Below, piece by piece: positions 25,410 to 34,588 of a DNA stretch of 64,000 bases; position 1 is the stretch's first letter, and every line of letters starts with the position of its first letter. The stretch is from an uncultured virus (IMG/VR IMGVR_UViG_3300030329_002238). Its lineage: Duplodnaviria; Heunggongvirae; Uroviricota; Caudoviricetes. The notes beneath the pieces were generated by a model. The model was given only the letters and a program-made list of their open reading frames with translations, was not told where the DNA came from and did no database searches. Where the stretch lies: IMG/VR virus record IMGVR_UViG_3300030329_002238. One strand, written 5' to 3'. The position numbers and the translations under genes are program-made.

Positions 25410-27517
25410 TACCTCACCCCCATTAAAAAACCTGTTGCACTATAGACAGTTCGGTTTTCATTAGCTTGTTCACTACTACCATGTTGTTGATGACCTCTTA
25501 TTATTATCTTTGCTTTAACTCCATGAGAAACAGTAGCAGACCCAGAAGTATCTGACCAAACACCTGCTACAGCAAAGTCATTATAAGCATCATCAACTGC
25601 TATCCAGTCTGTTCTAGCTTTTGTAACGTAGTGTCCTGTACCTCCAGAGGAAATAGCTTCTCTAAATTGAATATTAGCTAAAGATAAACCCGATTCATAC
25701 CCACTATAAGTAACTACTACGGTATCAGAATTAATTTCAGGTCTTAAATCAACGCGAACCGCACTTACTATCTGTTTAGTTATACTTCCATCAGTAATAT
25801 AGTCATTACTAGTTGGCAATAAACCAGTATTTATCTCTGAACCATCACTCTCCCCAATTAGAGCAGTAGTAGTCCAAGTTAATTGACCATTACCACTAAC
25901 ATTCGCATGAGAAGGGGTGGGGGTATCCATATAATTAACATATAAAGTACTACCCGAAAAACCAGTACCATTAGCATTAGGGCTTGCATCTGATGTAGCT
26001 GTTTCACTTGAGGTCCCACCAGCAGAGTTTACATTCCAAGCAGCCATTTCTACTTTAATATGGGTCCAAGAGTTTTTATCTGTATCCATTTTTCCTATAT
26101 GGAAACTACCATAAGGTGCCCATCCCGAACTGTGCGTAGGTTTAGGTAAAGAAACTTCTAACACATCAGTATAATTATAATTTTCTAAGCTGCTTTCTAA
26201 ATTAGCAAAAGTAACTGTACTTCCTAATGTAGCAGAAGCTGATTTAGATACATCACCATTTAATTTATGTGCATATAGATTAGTTAAATGCCCTGTATTT
26301 ATTTGTGCTGTAGCTATTTTAGCTGCCGTAATAGCAGCATCATTTATTTTAGCTGTAGTTATATTAGCATCATTTACTTTTGCTGTAGTTATAGCAGCAT
26401 CAGCAATCTTAGCTGTAACAACAGCAGCGTCTGCAAGAATAGCTGATTCAGCTGTAACAGCTCCTGCAGCTATATCTCCAGCAACAATAGTATTTGCAGC
26501 GATCTTAGCTGAAGTTACAGCATTAGCTGCTAATTCGTCTACCCCTATAGCGCCTGCTGCCATTTGACCTGCTGTAATTGTATCTGAGGCAATTTGACTA
26601 GCTGTAATTGTATTAGCTGCTATTTCGCTAGCAGTTACTTGATTTGCTGCTATTTTAGCTGAGGTAATTGCATCATCAGCTATTTGAGTAGTACTTATAG
26701 TTCCAGACAAAGCAGAAGTAGCAACCCCACCCGTTATATCTGAACCCGCTACAGCTGCTGTCCATGCACTACCTGTATCTCTATATATCTTATTATCACT
26801 TGTTAAAAATACTGTACGCCCTTGTGTGCCGGCAGAAGGTAATGAACCTACAACTTCTATAGGCTTTATACCACTAGCAAATTTAGTCCCTGCTATTGTT
26901 CCATCTGCAATCTTTGCAGCTATAACTGAGTTATCAGCCAAAAAGGTGGAGCTTACTTGACCTGCTGTAGCATTAGCACTACTTGAAAAAGGACCCCTAA
27001 CATCAGTTGTAGATACATGTCTTACCCAATAATAATAAGTTAATAAAGGGTCTACATTATCTGTAAACATACCTGCCTGGGTAGTACCAACAATGATTGC
27101 ATCCCCTAAAGAATTACTAGTATGTCTATAAACTTCTGTATATGAGTGATTACCAAACTGTGTCCAACCATCTGTCCAAGATAAAATTATTTTAGTTAAC
27201 CCTGCACTAGCAGTTAAACTTGTAGGTGTTGGTGGAACTGCTAAGTCTTCTGGTCCTTGATGAAACTCAATGGCTGTAAAATCTACAGAACTATCTGCAT
27301 TGGGATCATATGGCCTACTAGTTAAATCTTTAGCTAAACCAGATTCAATTAATTCTCTTAACGTAACAGCTCTGTCTTTCTGGTCTCCTCTTCTACCCAG
27401 TCTTATTTCTAAAGCTTCTTTTATATCAGACATCCATTGTCTAACATTTGGGTTTACATTTGTCGGTACTGCGGGTAACTGTGGTACTTTAGTAGGTTGG
27501 TCTTTATATTCAGCCAT
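25409..27517 (-). CDS. Tail tip/spike-associated protein with FN3-like domain and ITAxKIA repeats
   Basis: PPTPTSLTA...YYYWVRHV...GPFS; about 10-residue fibre repeats. Confidence 0.75.
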   Translation of the reverse strand: MAEYKDQPTKVPQLPAVPTNVNPNVRQWMSDIKEALEIRLGRRGDQKDRAVTLRELIESGLAKDLTSRPYDPNADSSVDFTAIEFHQGPEDLAVPPTPTSLTASAGLTKIILSWTDGWTQFGNHSYTEVYRHTSNSLGDAIIVGTTQAGMFTDNVDPLLTYYYWVRHVSTTDVRGPFSSSANATAGQVSSTFLADNSVIAAKIADGTIAGTKFASGIKPIEVVGSLPSAGTQGRTVFLTSDNKIYRDTGSAWTAAVAGSDITGGVATSALSGTISTTQIADDAITSAKIAANQVTASEIAANTITASQIASDTITAGQMAAGAIGVDELAANAVTSAKIAANTIVAGDIAAGAVTAESAILADAAVVTAKIADAAITTAKVNDANITTAKINDAAITAAKIATAQINTGHLTNLYAHKLNGDVSKSASATLGSTVTFANLESSLENYNYTDVLEVSLPKPTHSSGWAPYGSFHIGKMDTDKNSWTHIKVEMAAWNVNSAGGTSSETATSDASPNANGTGFSGSTLYVNYMDTPTPSHANVSGNGQLTWTTTALIGESDGSEINTGLLPTSNDYITDGSITKQIVSAVRVDLRPEINSDTVVVTYSGYESGLSLANIQFREAISSGGTGHYVTKARTDWIAVDDAYNDFAVAGVWSDTSGSATVSHGVKAKIIIRGHQQHGSSEQANENRTVYSATGFLMGVR

Positions 27518-29307
27518 TAAGTACCCCTTATTTCATCTATTGATTCAGCTAAGCACAATTCATTTATGTTGTACTGGCTCTCAATTTGTACCTCCCATTC
27601 TTTAGCTACATTACTAGGTAACCTCATAACTGTTTCATATATAGTTGAGTTACTTATACTACCTGGTGTAGATACTGCTAAAGTTTTTGTACCTGAGCTT
27701 TCTGTAACTGTTCCTACATATATAAGAGTGCCATCTGCCCATACACTTACAGTAAATGGATATCCTTCAGCGCTTACAGATACCCAAGCCATACTAGTTG
27801 GACTAGGAGTTACAAACTTTTTACTTTTCCACTTAAGAGTAGAAAGAGTATTGCTACCTTGAAATTTTTGTATCTTTCTATTTGTAGCAGTAGTATCTAT
27901 TAAATACAATTGACCATCTTCTGGATCATAATAACCACCTCTAGGATCAGTAGTAGAAGTTAAACTTAATGTTGTAAAAGCATTTTTACCTCTACGTGGA
28001 TCAAATATAAACCCTGCTCTATCACTTGTTCCTGTACCGTGAAACGCTACATACGTACCTTCATGAAGATATGCTTGTATAGTTGCAGGATTGTATGTAC
28101 TTAACCACTCTTTAGGATCTATGAGTTGTTCTGTAACAAGTTCTACTTGATTACCTGCTACTGCTACTAGTCCATCAGGACTCGCATACATAGCATAATC
28201 ACCCATATCAACCATGCTTCTTTTATTCACACATGCTTGGGCAGCTTCTAATCTAACTGCCTGCATAGAGCTTGGATCAACTCCCCCTACTATATAAGGA
28301 TTTCCTTCTGTAGCTACAAGTAAAGTATTACCAGCCATTGATATCGCAACTATGTTATCCTCTGTGCTTATCCTATAAGAAACAGGCCAAGCATGAGGTA
28401 GGTATGGTTCAGAAAAACATAATCTTCTACCAGCAAACCCAGCAAATATACCATTAGGCATTGCTGTTAGACCTTTCATTGGTCCTTCTGGATAAGTGCT
28501 ACTATCATCATCCGGTGGGCTAATCCAATAAGTTGAAGGTATAACTTCGCCTAGCTCATCACCGTCTAAACTATCTGTAAAACTACCACCAAAACTAGTA
28601 CTTTCTCCTACAAATTGAAAAGCTGTTGTATTAGAACCCGTATTAGATCTATATATACGCATTTTATGGCCGGTAGCAAAATTAGTATTAGGGCTAGGAG
28701 CAGCAGGTAAATTAGATATGGTTACTGTTTGATTAGTACTGCCATCTGTTTGTGTATCTGTAACATCAAGAGTAGCTGTAGCCGCACTAGGAGGGCCTTC
28801 TTCACCAAAACCAGTAACATAGGTGAATACATAGCAAACGGTATTTGGGGTTTCTGTAGCAAGATTATCTGCAGCTCTAGCTAAAGATATATTACCAGGA
28901 AGAGATAAAGCAGGTACCCCTAACTTATAACTAGCTGCAGGATAAGTAGCGCCACTAATTAAAGATGCTTCACTTCCTACTCTTGGATAATCTTGACCTG
29001 TAAAATATATCCTATCGTAAGCGTCTTTGGGCAACGGTCCATATACAACATCTACATCTTCATTCCATTGTAACCAGTAGTCAGTAGCTTCAGGTGTGTA
29101 ACGCCATATAGATGTTCTAGAGGCATTTGATAGGGCACTTACACCATCTGAGAACCCAGAAGTAACTTGTGAATTAGTACGAAGTGGTACTGCTCTACCA
29201 CTATTTAAGACTACATTTTCAGCTATCTGTGCAACACCATCGGCTAATAGTCTTGGTGCTACTACCGGTGCTATACCATTAAACTCTGTAACCTTAAAAT
29301 ATGCCAC
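27517..29307 (-). CDS. Tail tubular/nozzle (stabilization) protein
   Basis: FNGIAP...P.LL, YVFTYVT.FGEEGPPS, LCFSEPYLPHAWP; beta-propeller-like. Confidence 0.7.
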   Translation of the reverse strand: MAYFKVTEFNGIAPVVAPRLLADGVAQIAENVVLNSGRAVPLRTNSQVTSGFSDGVSALSNASRTSIWRYTPEATDYWLQWNEDVDVVYGPLPKDAYDRIYFTGQDYPRVGSEASLISGATYPAASYKLGVPALSLPGNISLARAADNLATETPNTVCYVFTYVTGFGEEGPPSAATATLDVTDTQTDGSTNQTVTISNLPAAPSPNTNFATGHKMRIYRSNTGSNTTAFQFVGESTSFGGSFTDSLDGDELGEVIPSTYWISPPDDDSSTYPEGPMKGLTAMPNGIFAGFAGRRLCFSEPYLPHAWPVSYRISTEDNIVAISMAGNTLLVATEGNPYIVGGVDPSSMQAVRLEAAQACVNKRSMVDMGDYAMYASPDGLVAVAGNQVELVTEQLIDPKEWLSTYNPATIQAYLHEGTYVAFHGTGTSDRAGFIFDPRRGKNAFTTLSLTSTTDPRGGYYDPEDGQLYLIDTTATNRKIQKFQGSNTLSTLKWKSKKFVTPSPTSMAWVSVSAEGYPFTVSVWADGTLIYVGTVTESSGTKTLAVSTPGSISNSTIYETVMRLPSNVAKEWEVQIESQYNINELCLAESIDEIRGT

Positions 29308-29312
29308 ACTAT

Positions 29313-29798
29313 TTACTCTTCTTTATCTGGTGAATGGGAAGCCCCAAAATAAAATGAAATAACAGCACTAGCAAGACCACCTAGGTAACCTAGAACAAGA
29401 TTAATTAAAGCTTCTGAATTTTGTTCAGGTGGCTGTAATGTAACCATAAATATATACCCAAGAAACCCAGCAATAACTGCTGTACCCATTATTCTAGCTG
29501 TCCAATCTCTGCTAAATCTTCCTCTTGCATCTTGTTTATCTGCAGTTTCTAAAGCAAATACATCTACTTCAAGCTCTTTCATATGCATTTCAAATTCTTT
29601 TTCAGCTTTTTTTAACTCAAGCATCTGCTCTGGAGTAGCTGCTTGTATAGCTTGATTAATAGCTTTAGGTTCAGGAGAACATCCTAATACTTGTGATATA
29701 ACAGAAGCTGCTTGACCTCCTAAAGGACCAGCTAAAGCTGAACCAATAGTAGGTGCTACAGCACCAATTACATTTTTAAGAATACCAAATTTACTCAT
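29313..29798 (-). CDS. Putative holin-like membrane protein
   Basis: APTIGSALAGPLGG, DKQDAR, C-terminal TMs ending FYFG; in the same gene cluster as the endolysin. Confidence 0.65.
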   Translation of the reverse strand: MSKFGILKNVIGAVAPTIGSALAGPLGGQAASVISQVLGCSPEPKAINQAIQAATPEQMLELKKAEKEFEMHMKELEVDVFALETADKQDARGRFSRDWTARIMGTAVIAGFLGYIFMVTLQPPEQNSEALINLVLGYLGGLASAVISFYFGASHSPDKEE

Positions 29799-29801
29799 AA
29801 T

Positions 29802-30080
29802 TTACCTCAACATATAAAACGCAGTACTAATTCCTGCTGTTACTAAAATCCATATTACTCTTTCTGTACTAGTTACAGACTTTTTATTTAAGTTACTCTG
29901 TAACTCTACAATCTCTAATCGTTCTTCCATTTTATCTAAACGATCCATAAACCTATCTGTTTGTTTCAAAACTGTTGTTACCCTCTCTTCAATACGGGCC
30001 ATAGACACAAGCGCTTCAGAAAGACGATCTATCTTTATTTCAACTCTTTCAAGTCGTCTTTCATGTTCGCCGTTGCTCAT
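29802..30080 (-). CDS. Coiled-coil protein with C-terminal TM, lysis-associated
   Basis: RLERVEIKIDRL...ARIEER; C-terminal hydrophobic segment. Confidence 0.6.
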   Translation of the reverse strand: MSNGEHERRLERVEIKIDRLSEALVSMARIEERVTTVLKQTDRFMDRLDKMEERLEIVELQSNLNKKSVTSTERVIWILVTAGISTAFYMLR

Positions 30081-30454
30081 TTATAACTCCATATCCATGG
30101 TCTTGGTCTTTCAGAAGTACCACCTATGCTATCCACATGTATAAACCTAGACTCACCGTGTTGTTTTACTCCTATCCCAGTCATGCCAAAAGCTGCTGCT
30201 AAGATAACAGTTCTATAAGCGTCTTCCCCTCTCATAAGTATATCTACAGCTTTACCTGTAGTATGAGCACCAGGAGTTTTCTTTGCGGATTCAATAGGAT
30301 GAGTTGGATCTCTGTAGGCACTAGTAATAATAAAAGGCTTGCCTACAGCTTCCCTTAATTCTGTAAGTTTAAGCATGAAGTCATCGTCCATTTCACACTT
30401 ACCAGTGTGAGAACACTTAAGCTCATCTTCAGAAAAATATTTCCAATCACTCAT
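30077..30454 (-). CDS. Endolysin, peptidase M15A family
   Basis: YF...EL.C, ITSAYR, HTTGKAVD, FIHVD. Confidence 0.9.
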   Translation of the reverse strand: MSDWKYFSEDELKCSHTGKCEMDDDFMLKLTELREAVGKPFIITSAYRDPTHPIESAKKTPGAHTTGKAVDILMRGEDAYRTVILAAAFGMTGIGVKQHGESRFIHVDSIGGTSERPRPWIWSYK

Positions 30455-30701
30455 CTTCTGTTTTTGTCTCCTCTGGTGGTAAAGGTTTTATATCCTCGTC
30501 CACTAGACCCTTCTTTATATCCTTAATATAAAAAGATTGTGAAGCTTGTGTACGTTGTAATACATACGCTGCATCCTCAACCTCTCTATTAATACGGATT
30601 AACATATTAAATTTTAACGCTAGCTCCGGCGTTAAATCACTTATTAAGTATTGTTCCCCATCAAAATTAATTAACTCGGGTTGTTTTTGCTCTTCAGCCA
30701 T
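30447..30701 (-). CDS. Hypothetical protein
   Basis: AAGGAG RBS; I.FDGEQY...DL pattern. Confidence 0.7.
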   Translation of the reverse strand: MAEEQKQPELINFDGEQYLISDLTPELALKFNMLIRINREVEDAAYVLQRTQASQSFYIKDIKKGLVDEDIKPLPPEETKTEDE

Positions 30702-30742
30702 AATTTACTCCTTATTTATGTTTAAAACTATTATATATTATC

Positions 30743-31060
30743 CTATGAGGGTATTGAATAATCTGAATCAGGCACTGGTTTATTCGGTGGATTTGTAATA
30801 ACCGAATCAACCTGTTGACCAAACGTAGTATCCCATTGTGAAATTGGACATAAAGCTTCTAACTCATTTTTAGTCCAATCAGCTTTAGCTTTAGCTGTAA
30901 AATCGCCATTAGCTGCTACAACACGAATAATAAACGTACTTGTGTAATATGTAGCATCTCCTTCTGAGTCATTCTTATAAGTCATTTCTAAATCCCACTC
31001 TTCAACTTTACTATTTTTTTCAAAAGGTGTAGCTTTAGTTAGCACTTTTGTTACTGCCAT
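30743..31060 (-). CDS. Hypothetical tail-fibre-associated protein
   Basis: AAGGAG RBS; follows a tail fibre gene. Confidence 0.65.
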   Translation of the reverse strand: MAVTKVLTKATPFEKNSKVEEWDLEMTYKNDSEGDATYYTSTFIIRVVAANGDFTAKAKADWTKNELEALCPISQWDTTFGQQVDSVITNPPNKPVPDSDYSIPS

Positions 31061-31061
31061 T

Positions 31062-32639
31062 TTATTTCTCCTTTAATTTATCTTCTAATTCTTCGACTTT
31101 AGCCGAAAGTTCTTGTACTGCTTTGACCATTAAAGGCATTAAAGCTGCTTCACCAACTCTTTGTCTACCATCTAATTCATCTTCGCTCCACATATCAAAG
31201 CCATCTTTTAAGTCATATCTGTCTATAACTTCTTTTACTTCTTGAGCAATAAAGCCATGATTATATTTACCATTTGCGGCTCTTTTTTCAGATCCTTCTT
31301 TATAGGCTCTCAATGTTTGTGGTATGTCTTTTTCTTTTTTCCATCTGAAAGTTACAGGTCTTAAATCGTTTATAAAATCTAGTCCAATTACTTCGTCTTG
31401 TATATCCTCTTTTAATCTAATATCAGAAGGGTTAGTCCATGTGGTGCTATTAAACTCACATTTTGTATCATAAGAACCACTGCCAAAAACAAAGCTTGAA
31501 GCACCTCCACCCCCAACATCTTTACCTATAACTATTTCGTCATTTACACCTACCGCAGATGTCGCTGCACCCACACCAATAAGGATATTTCTTGAGCCTG
31601 TCGTAGTGCTACTTCCCGCACCTTTACCAAGACAAGTATTATCATCCCCAGTAGTTAAAGCTGTAAGTGTACTGCCTCCAACAGCAGTATTTTGAAATGC
31701 TCCAGCCAAACTTGAACTAGATGCTATGTTATAACCTATAAATACGTTTTGATAACCTGCTAATGCTCCTGTATTACTAGAAGCTACATTCTGTCCAATA
31801 GCTATAAGCTGTGATGTACTAGCTGAATCAACAACCGCTCTACCTGCATAGGGACCTATTGCAATGTTTCCATTTGCACCTGTAGTTTGTCTAACTAAAG
31901 CATCATATCCAATAGCCATATTGTCAGAAGAACCACTTTGAGCAGTAAGTGCTCTATAGCCAATTCCCATGTTTCTACTATTGTTTGTTGAGGCTAAAGC
32001 CTCTGTGCCAACAGCCACGTTGTCTTCCACAGTAGATGCAGTAGACAAAGCATTGTACCCTATGGCGACCATGTTATTACCAGTACTAACAGCAGTAAGA
32101 GCACCAAATCCTAGTGCCGTATTTTTATCGCCGGTAGTTAATGCTGCAAAAACATCTATACCTACAGCCGTGTTATAGTTTGCTCCACTTATAGTTCCTG
32201 TAGTAGCATCTCCAAGCATAATTGAAGAAGTACCAAAAGTTTTAGCATCAGATAAATCATTTATTGAACTTGCACCACCAGCTGCATCTTCCCAAGCTAC
32301 ACCTGAACCTGTTGAAGTTAGTACTTGGCCATCACTACCTTGTCCACCATTAACTTTGAAGTTTTCACCATCTACAAGTGCTGCATAAAAGTTTTTGTAT
32401 TTTAAACTTGCTGTTCCTAAATCTATTTGATTGTCTGTAACAGGGGACAATGCACCATCACCTATGGTTAATCTATTAGAACCACCAGTAGCGATAGTGA
32501 TTACATCTGAACCACTAAATGTTATTGACGTATTTGAATCGGCATCACCTTCTATAGCATCTAATGAAATAGTGCCTACATCGCTGATGTCTAGGTCTCC
32601 TACGCTAAATAATTCTCCTGGTATTTTTGTTAATGCCAT
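31062..32639 (-). CDS. Tail fibre with C-terminal peptidase S74 intramolecular chaperone
   Basis: NTAVG/NTALG beta-roll repeats; SDIRLKEDI...LRPVTFRW...GFIAQEV...LMVKAVQEL. Confidence 0.88.
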   Translation of the reverse strand: MALTKIPGELFSVGDLDISDVGTISLDAIEGDADSNTSITFSGSDVITIATGGSNRLTIGDGALSPVTDNQIDLGTASLKYKNFYAALVDGENFKVNGGQGSDGQVLTSTGSGVAWEDAAGGASSINDLSDAKTFGTSSIMLGDATTGTISGANYNTAVGIDVFAALTTGDKNTALGFGALTAVSTGNNMVAIGYNALSTASTVEDNVAVGTEALASTNNSRNMGIGYRALTAQSGSSDNMAIGYDALVRQTTGANGNIAIGPYAGRAVVDSASTSQLIAIGQNVASSNTGALAGYQNVFIGYNIASSSSLAGAFQNTAVGGSTLTALTTGDDNTCLGKGAGSSTTTGSRNILIGVGAATSAVGVNDEIVIGKDVGGGGASSFVFGSGSYDTKCEFNSTTWTNPSDIRLKEDIQDEVIGLDFINDLRPVTFRWKKEKDIPQTLRAYKEGSEKRAANGKYNHGFIAQEVKEVIDRYDLKDGFDMWSEDELDGRQRVGEAALMPLMVKAVQELSAKVEELEDKLKEK

Positions 32640-32643
32640 AATA

Positions 32644-34542
32644 TTATCCCTCTAGTGTAGTAATTCTTGCTTTTGCAGCATCTAGTTCTGTTGAAAGTTC
32701 TTTGATAGCTTCTATAAGCACAGAAGTTAAATGTGCATAATTAACAGATTTAAGGGGGTCATTACCATCATTATCTTTTGGTAAGCCACCATCATCTACT
32801 AATTGAGGATAAACAGCTTCTACTTCTTGAGCAATTAATCCTATAGCTGTATCTGTTCCTCTTTCTTCAGTATCTTTCCATGTAAACGAAACACCTCTTA
32901 ATTGTTTTACCTTATCTAATGTTCCTGTGAGCGTAGCAACGTTTTCTTTTAACCTTTGGTCTGAGACATTGAAAGTACCATTACCGCCATTAATATAAGA
33001 AACATAAGAACTGCCTACTGAAAAATAAACATGGTTAGCAGTTGAATGGATAACCCCATAATCTCCTCTTGTGTAGCCGGGCAGTAGGTCTGATATTCCT
33101 GCACTATTGTTAGCACCCTGTACCATCATATCTCCACCATCTACAGTTAATTTAGCATTTGATACTGCAGATGAAGTGCCTACAAGGACAGTTCCGTTTA
33201 GCATAACATTATCTTGATTAGCGACTATTCTATAAGCACCATTATTAGCATCTGCTCTGAATATTTCTCCAGAGGTTGCTACTACTTCTAATTTAGCATT
33301 TGTAGCAGTAGAATTTACACCAACATTTCCTGAAGAAGTAATACGCATTCTTTCTGAAGCATTAGCAATAAAACGCAATGAATTATCTGAGTGATAATAA
33401 TTAAGACCACCAATATTCTTATCCCCACTATCCCCAAAGCTTACATATGAAATACCTGCTGTTCCTGCTATTGAGGTAAATCCTGCATTGTCATCTGTTC
33501 CATCATTATTTTGAATAGTTAAAACATCTCCTGCTGCCATTGTTGGAGCTGTTCCTGCCCCATCTACAATATGTAATTTAGCCCCTGTGTGTGGACTCGC
33601 AGTTCCTATACCTACGTTTCCTGCTGAAGTAATGGTCATATTAGTAGTGCCTGCATCTTTAAAATATATTGCACCACCTGCTGTTTCAGCATCTATAAAT
33701 GTATGTCCACTCGCATCTACACCTATACTTCCATGATTACCGCCTGTTGCACCAAAAGTTAGTTTTCTTATTGTTCCATCTGAACCACTTAATAGTGCGT
33801 TACCTGAAACATCTAATGTTTCCGCAGCATTAGTAAGTCCTATACCAACATTCCCACCATTGGGATTTAATAAAAAGTCATATTCTGTAGATGACGTGCT
33901 TGTGTTTTGTGATTGAATCCATGCAGAGCCAGTATTTGAATCGTCAGTACCTAGACTCATACCATATCCACCACCTGAATCTAAGAATAAAATACCATTT
34001 GCAGGTGCGTTAGAATCATTGGAAGGAGCATCTCCTGTTGCACCTTTTATGTGGGCTTTCATAAGTGGACTATTAGTTCCTATACCAATCTTATCTGCAC
34101 TCCCATCAACAAAGAACATATTTGCATCAGTATCTCCTTCTATCCTAAAGTCTACTGCAGCACCACTTTCATTAAATACTTGGGCAGCATCAGTATCAAA
34201 TGTGCTTTCAGCACCCCATGAAATATCAGTACCATCAGATTTAAGTATTTGTCCATTAGAACCTAGAGCCAAAGCTGCAGGATTACCTGAAGAATCCCCA
34301 TATATTATTTTACCTCTAGCAAGGCCTGCCATTTTAGCCAAAGTAACTTGGTCATCTGCTATATGAGCTGTGTCTATACTTCCGTCTGTATAATGCTCAC
34401 TATTAATAGCATCATCAGCAATCTTAGCACCTGTAATCGCATCATTTGCTATCTTGGCAGTTGTAACATTAGCATCAGTAATATTTGCTGTTAATACTGC
34501 GTCATCTGCTAAAACCCTTGATGTTACCTTTGTATTTGCCAT
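32644..34542 (-). CDS. Tail fibre with C-terminal peptidase S74 chaperone
   Basis: GNVGIGT repeats; SDQRLKEN...GLIAQEVE...LIEAIKEL. Confidence 0.9.
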   Translation of the reverse strand: MANTKVTSRVLADDAVLTANITDANVTTAKIANDAITGAKIADDAINSEHYTDGSIDTAHIADDQVTLAKMAGLARGKIIYGDSSGNPAALALGSNGQILKSDGTDISWGAESTFDTDAAQVFNESGAAVDFRIEGDTDANMFFVDGSADKIGIGTNSPLMKAHIKGATGDAPSNDSNAPANGILFLDSGGGYGMSLGTDDSNTGSAWIQSQNTSTSSTEYDFLLNPNGGNVGIGLTNAAETLDVSGNALLSGSDGTIRKLTFGATGGNHGSIGVDASGHTFIDAETAGGAIYFKDAGTTNMTITSAGNVGIGTASPHTGAKLHIVDGAGTAPTMAAGDVLTIQNNDGTDDNAGFTSIAGTAGISYVSFGDSGDKNIGGLNYYHSDNSLRFIANASERMRITSSGNVGVNSTATNAKLEVVATSGEIFRADANNGAYRIVANQDNVMLNGTVLVGTSSAVSNAKLTVDGGDMMVQGANNSAGISDLLPGYTRGDYGVIHSTANHVYFSVGSSYVSYINGGNGTFNVSDQRLKENVATLTGTLDKVKQLRGVSFTWKDTEERGTDTAIGLIAQEVEAVYPQLVDDGGLPKDNDGNDPLKSVNYAHLTSVLIEAIKELSTELDAAKARITTLEG

Positions 34543-34543
34543 G

Positions 34544-34588
34544 TTATGCGTCCTCTAATGTTTTAATTCTAGCTTCTAGTTCTTGTAT
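34544..34588 (-). pseudogene. Remnant C-terminus of an S74-type tail fibre
   Basis: Reads IQELEARIKTLEDA* one base out of frame, overlapping the last base of the 885-aa fibre stop. Confidence 0.7.
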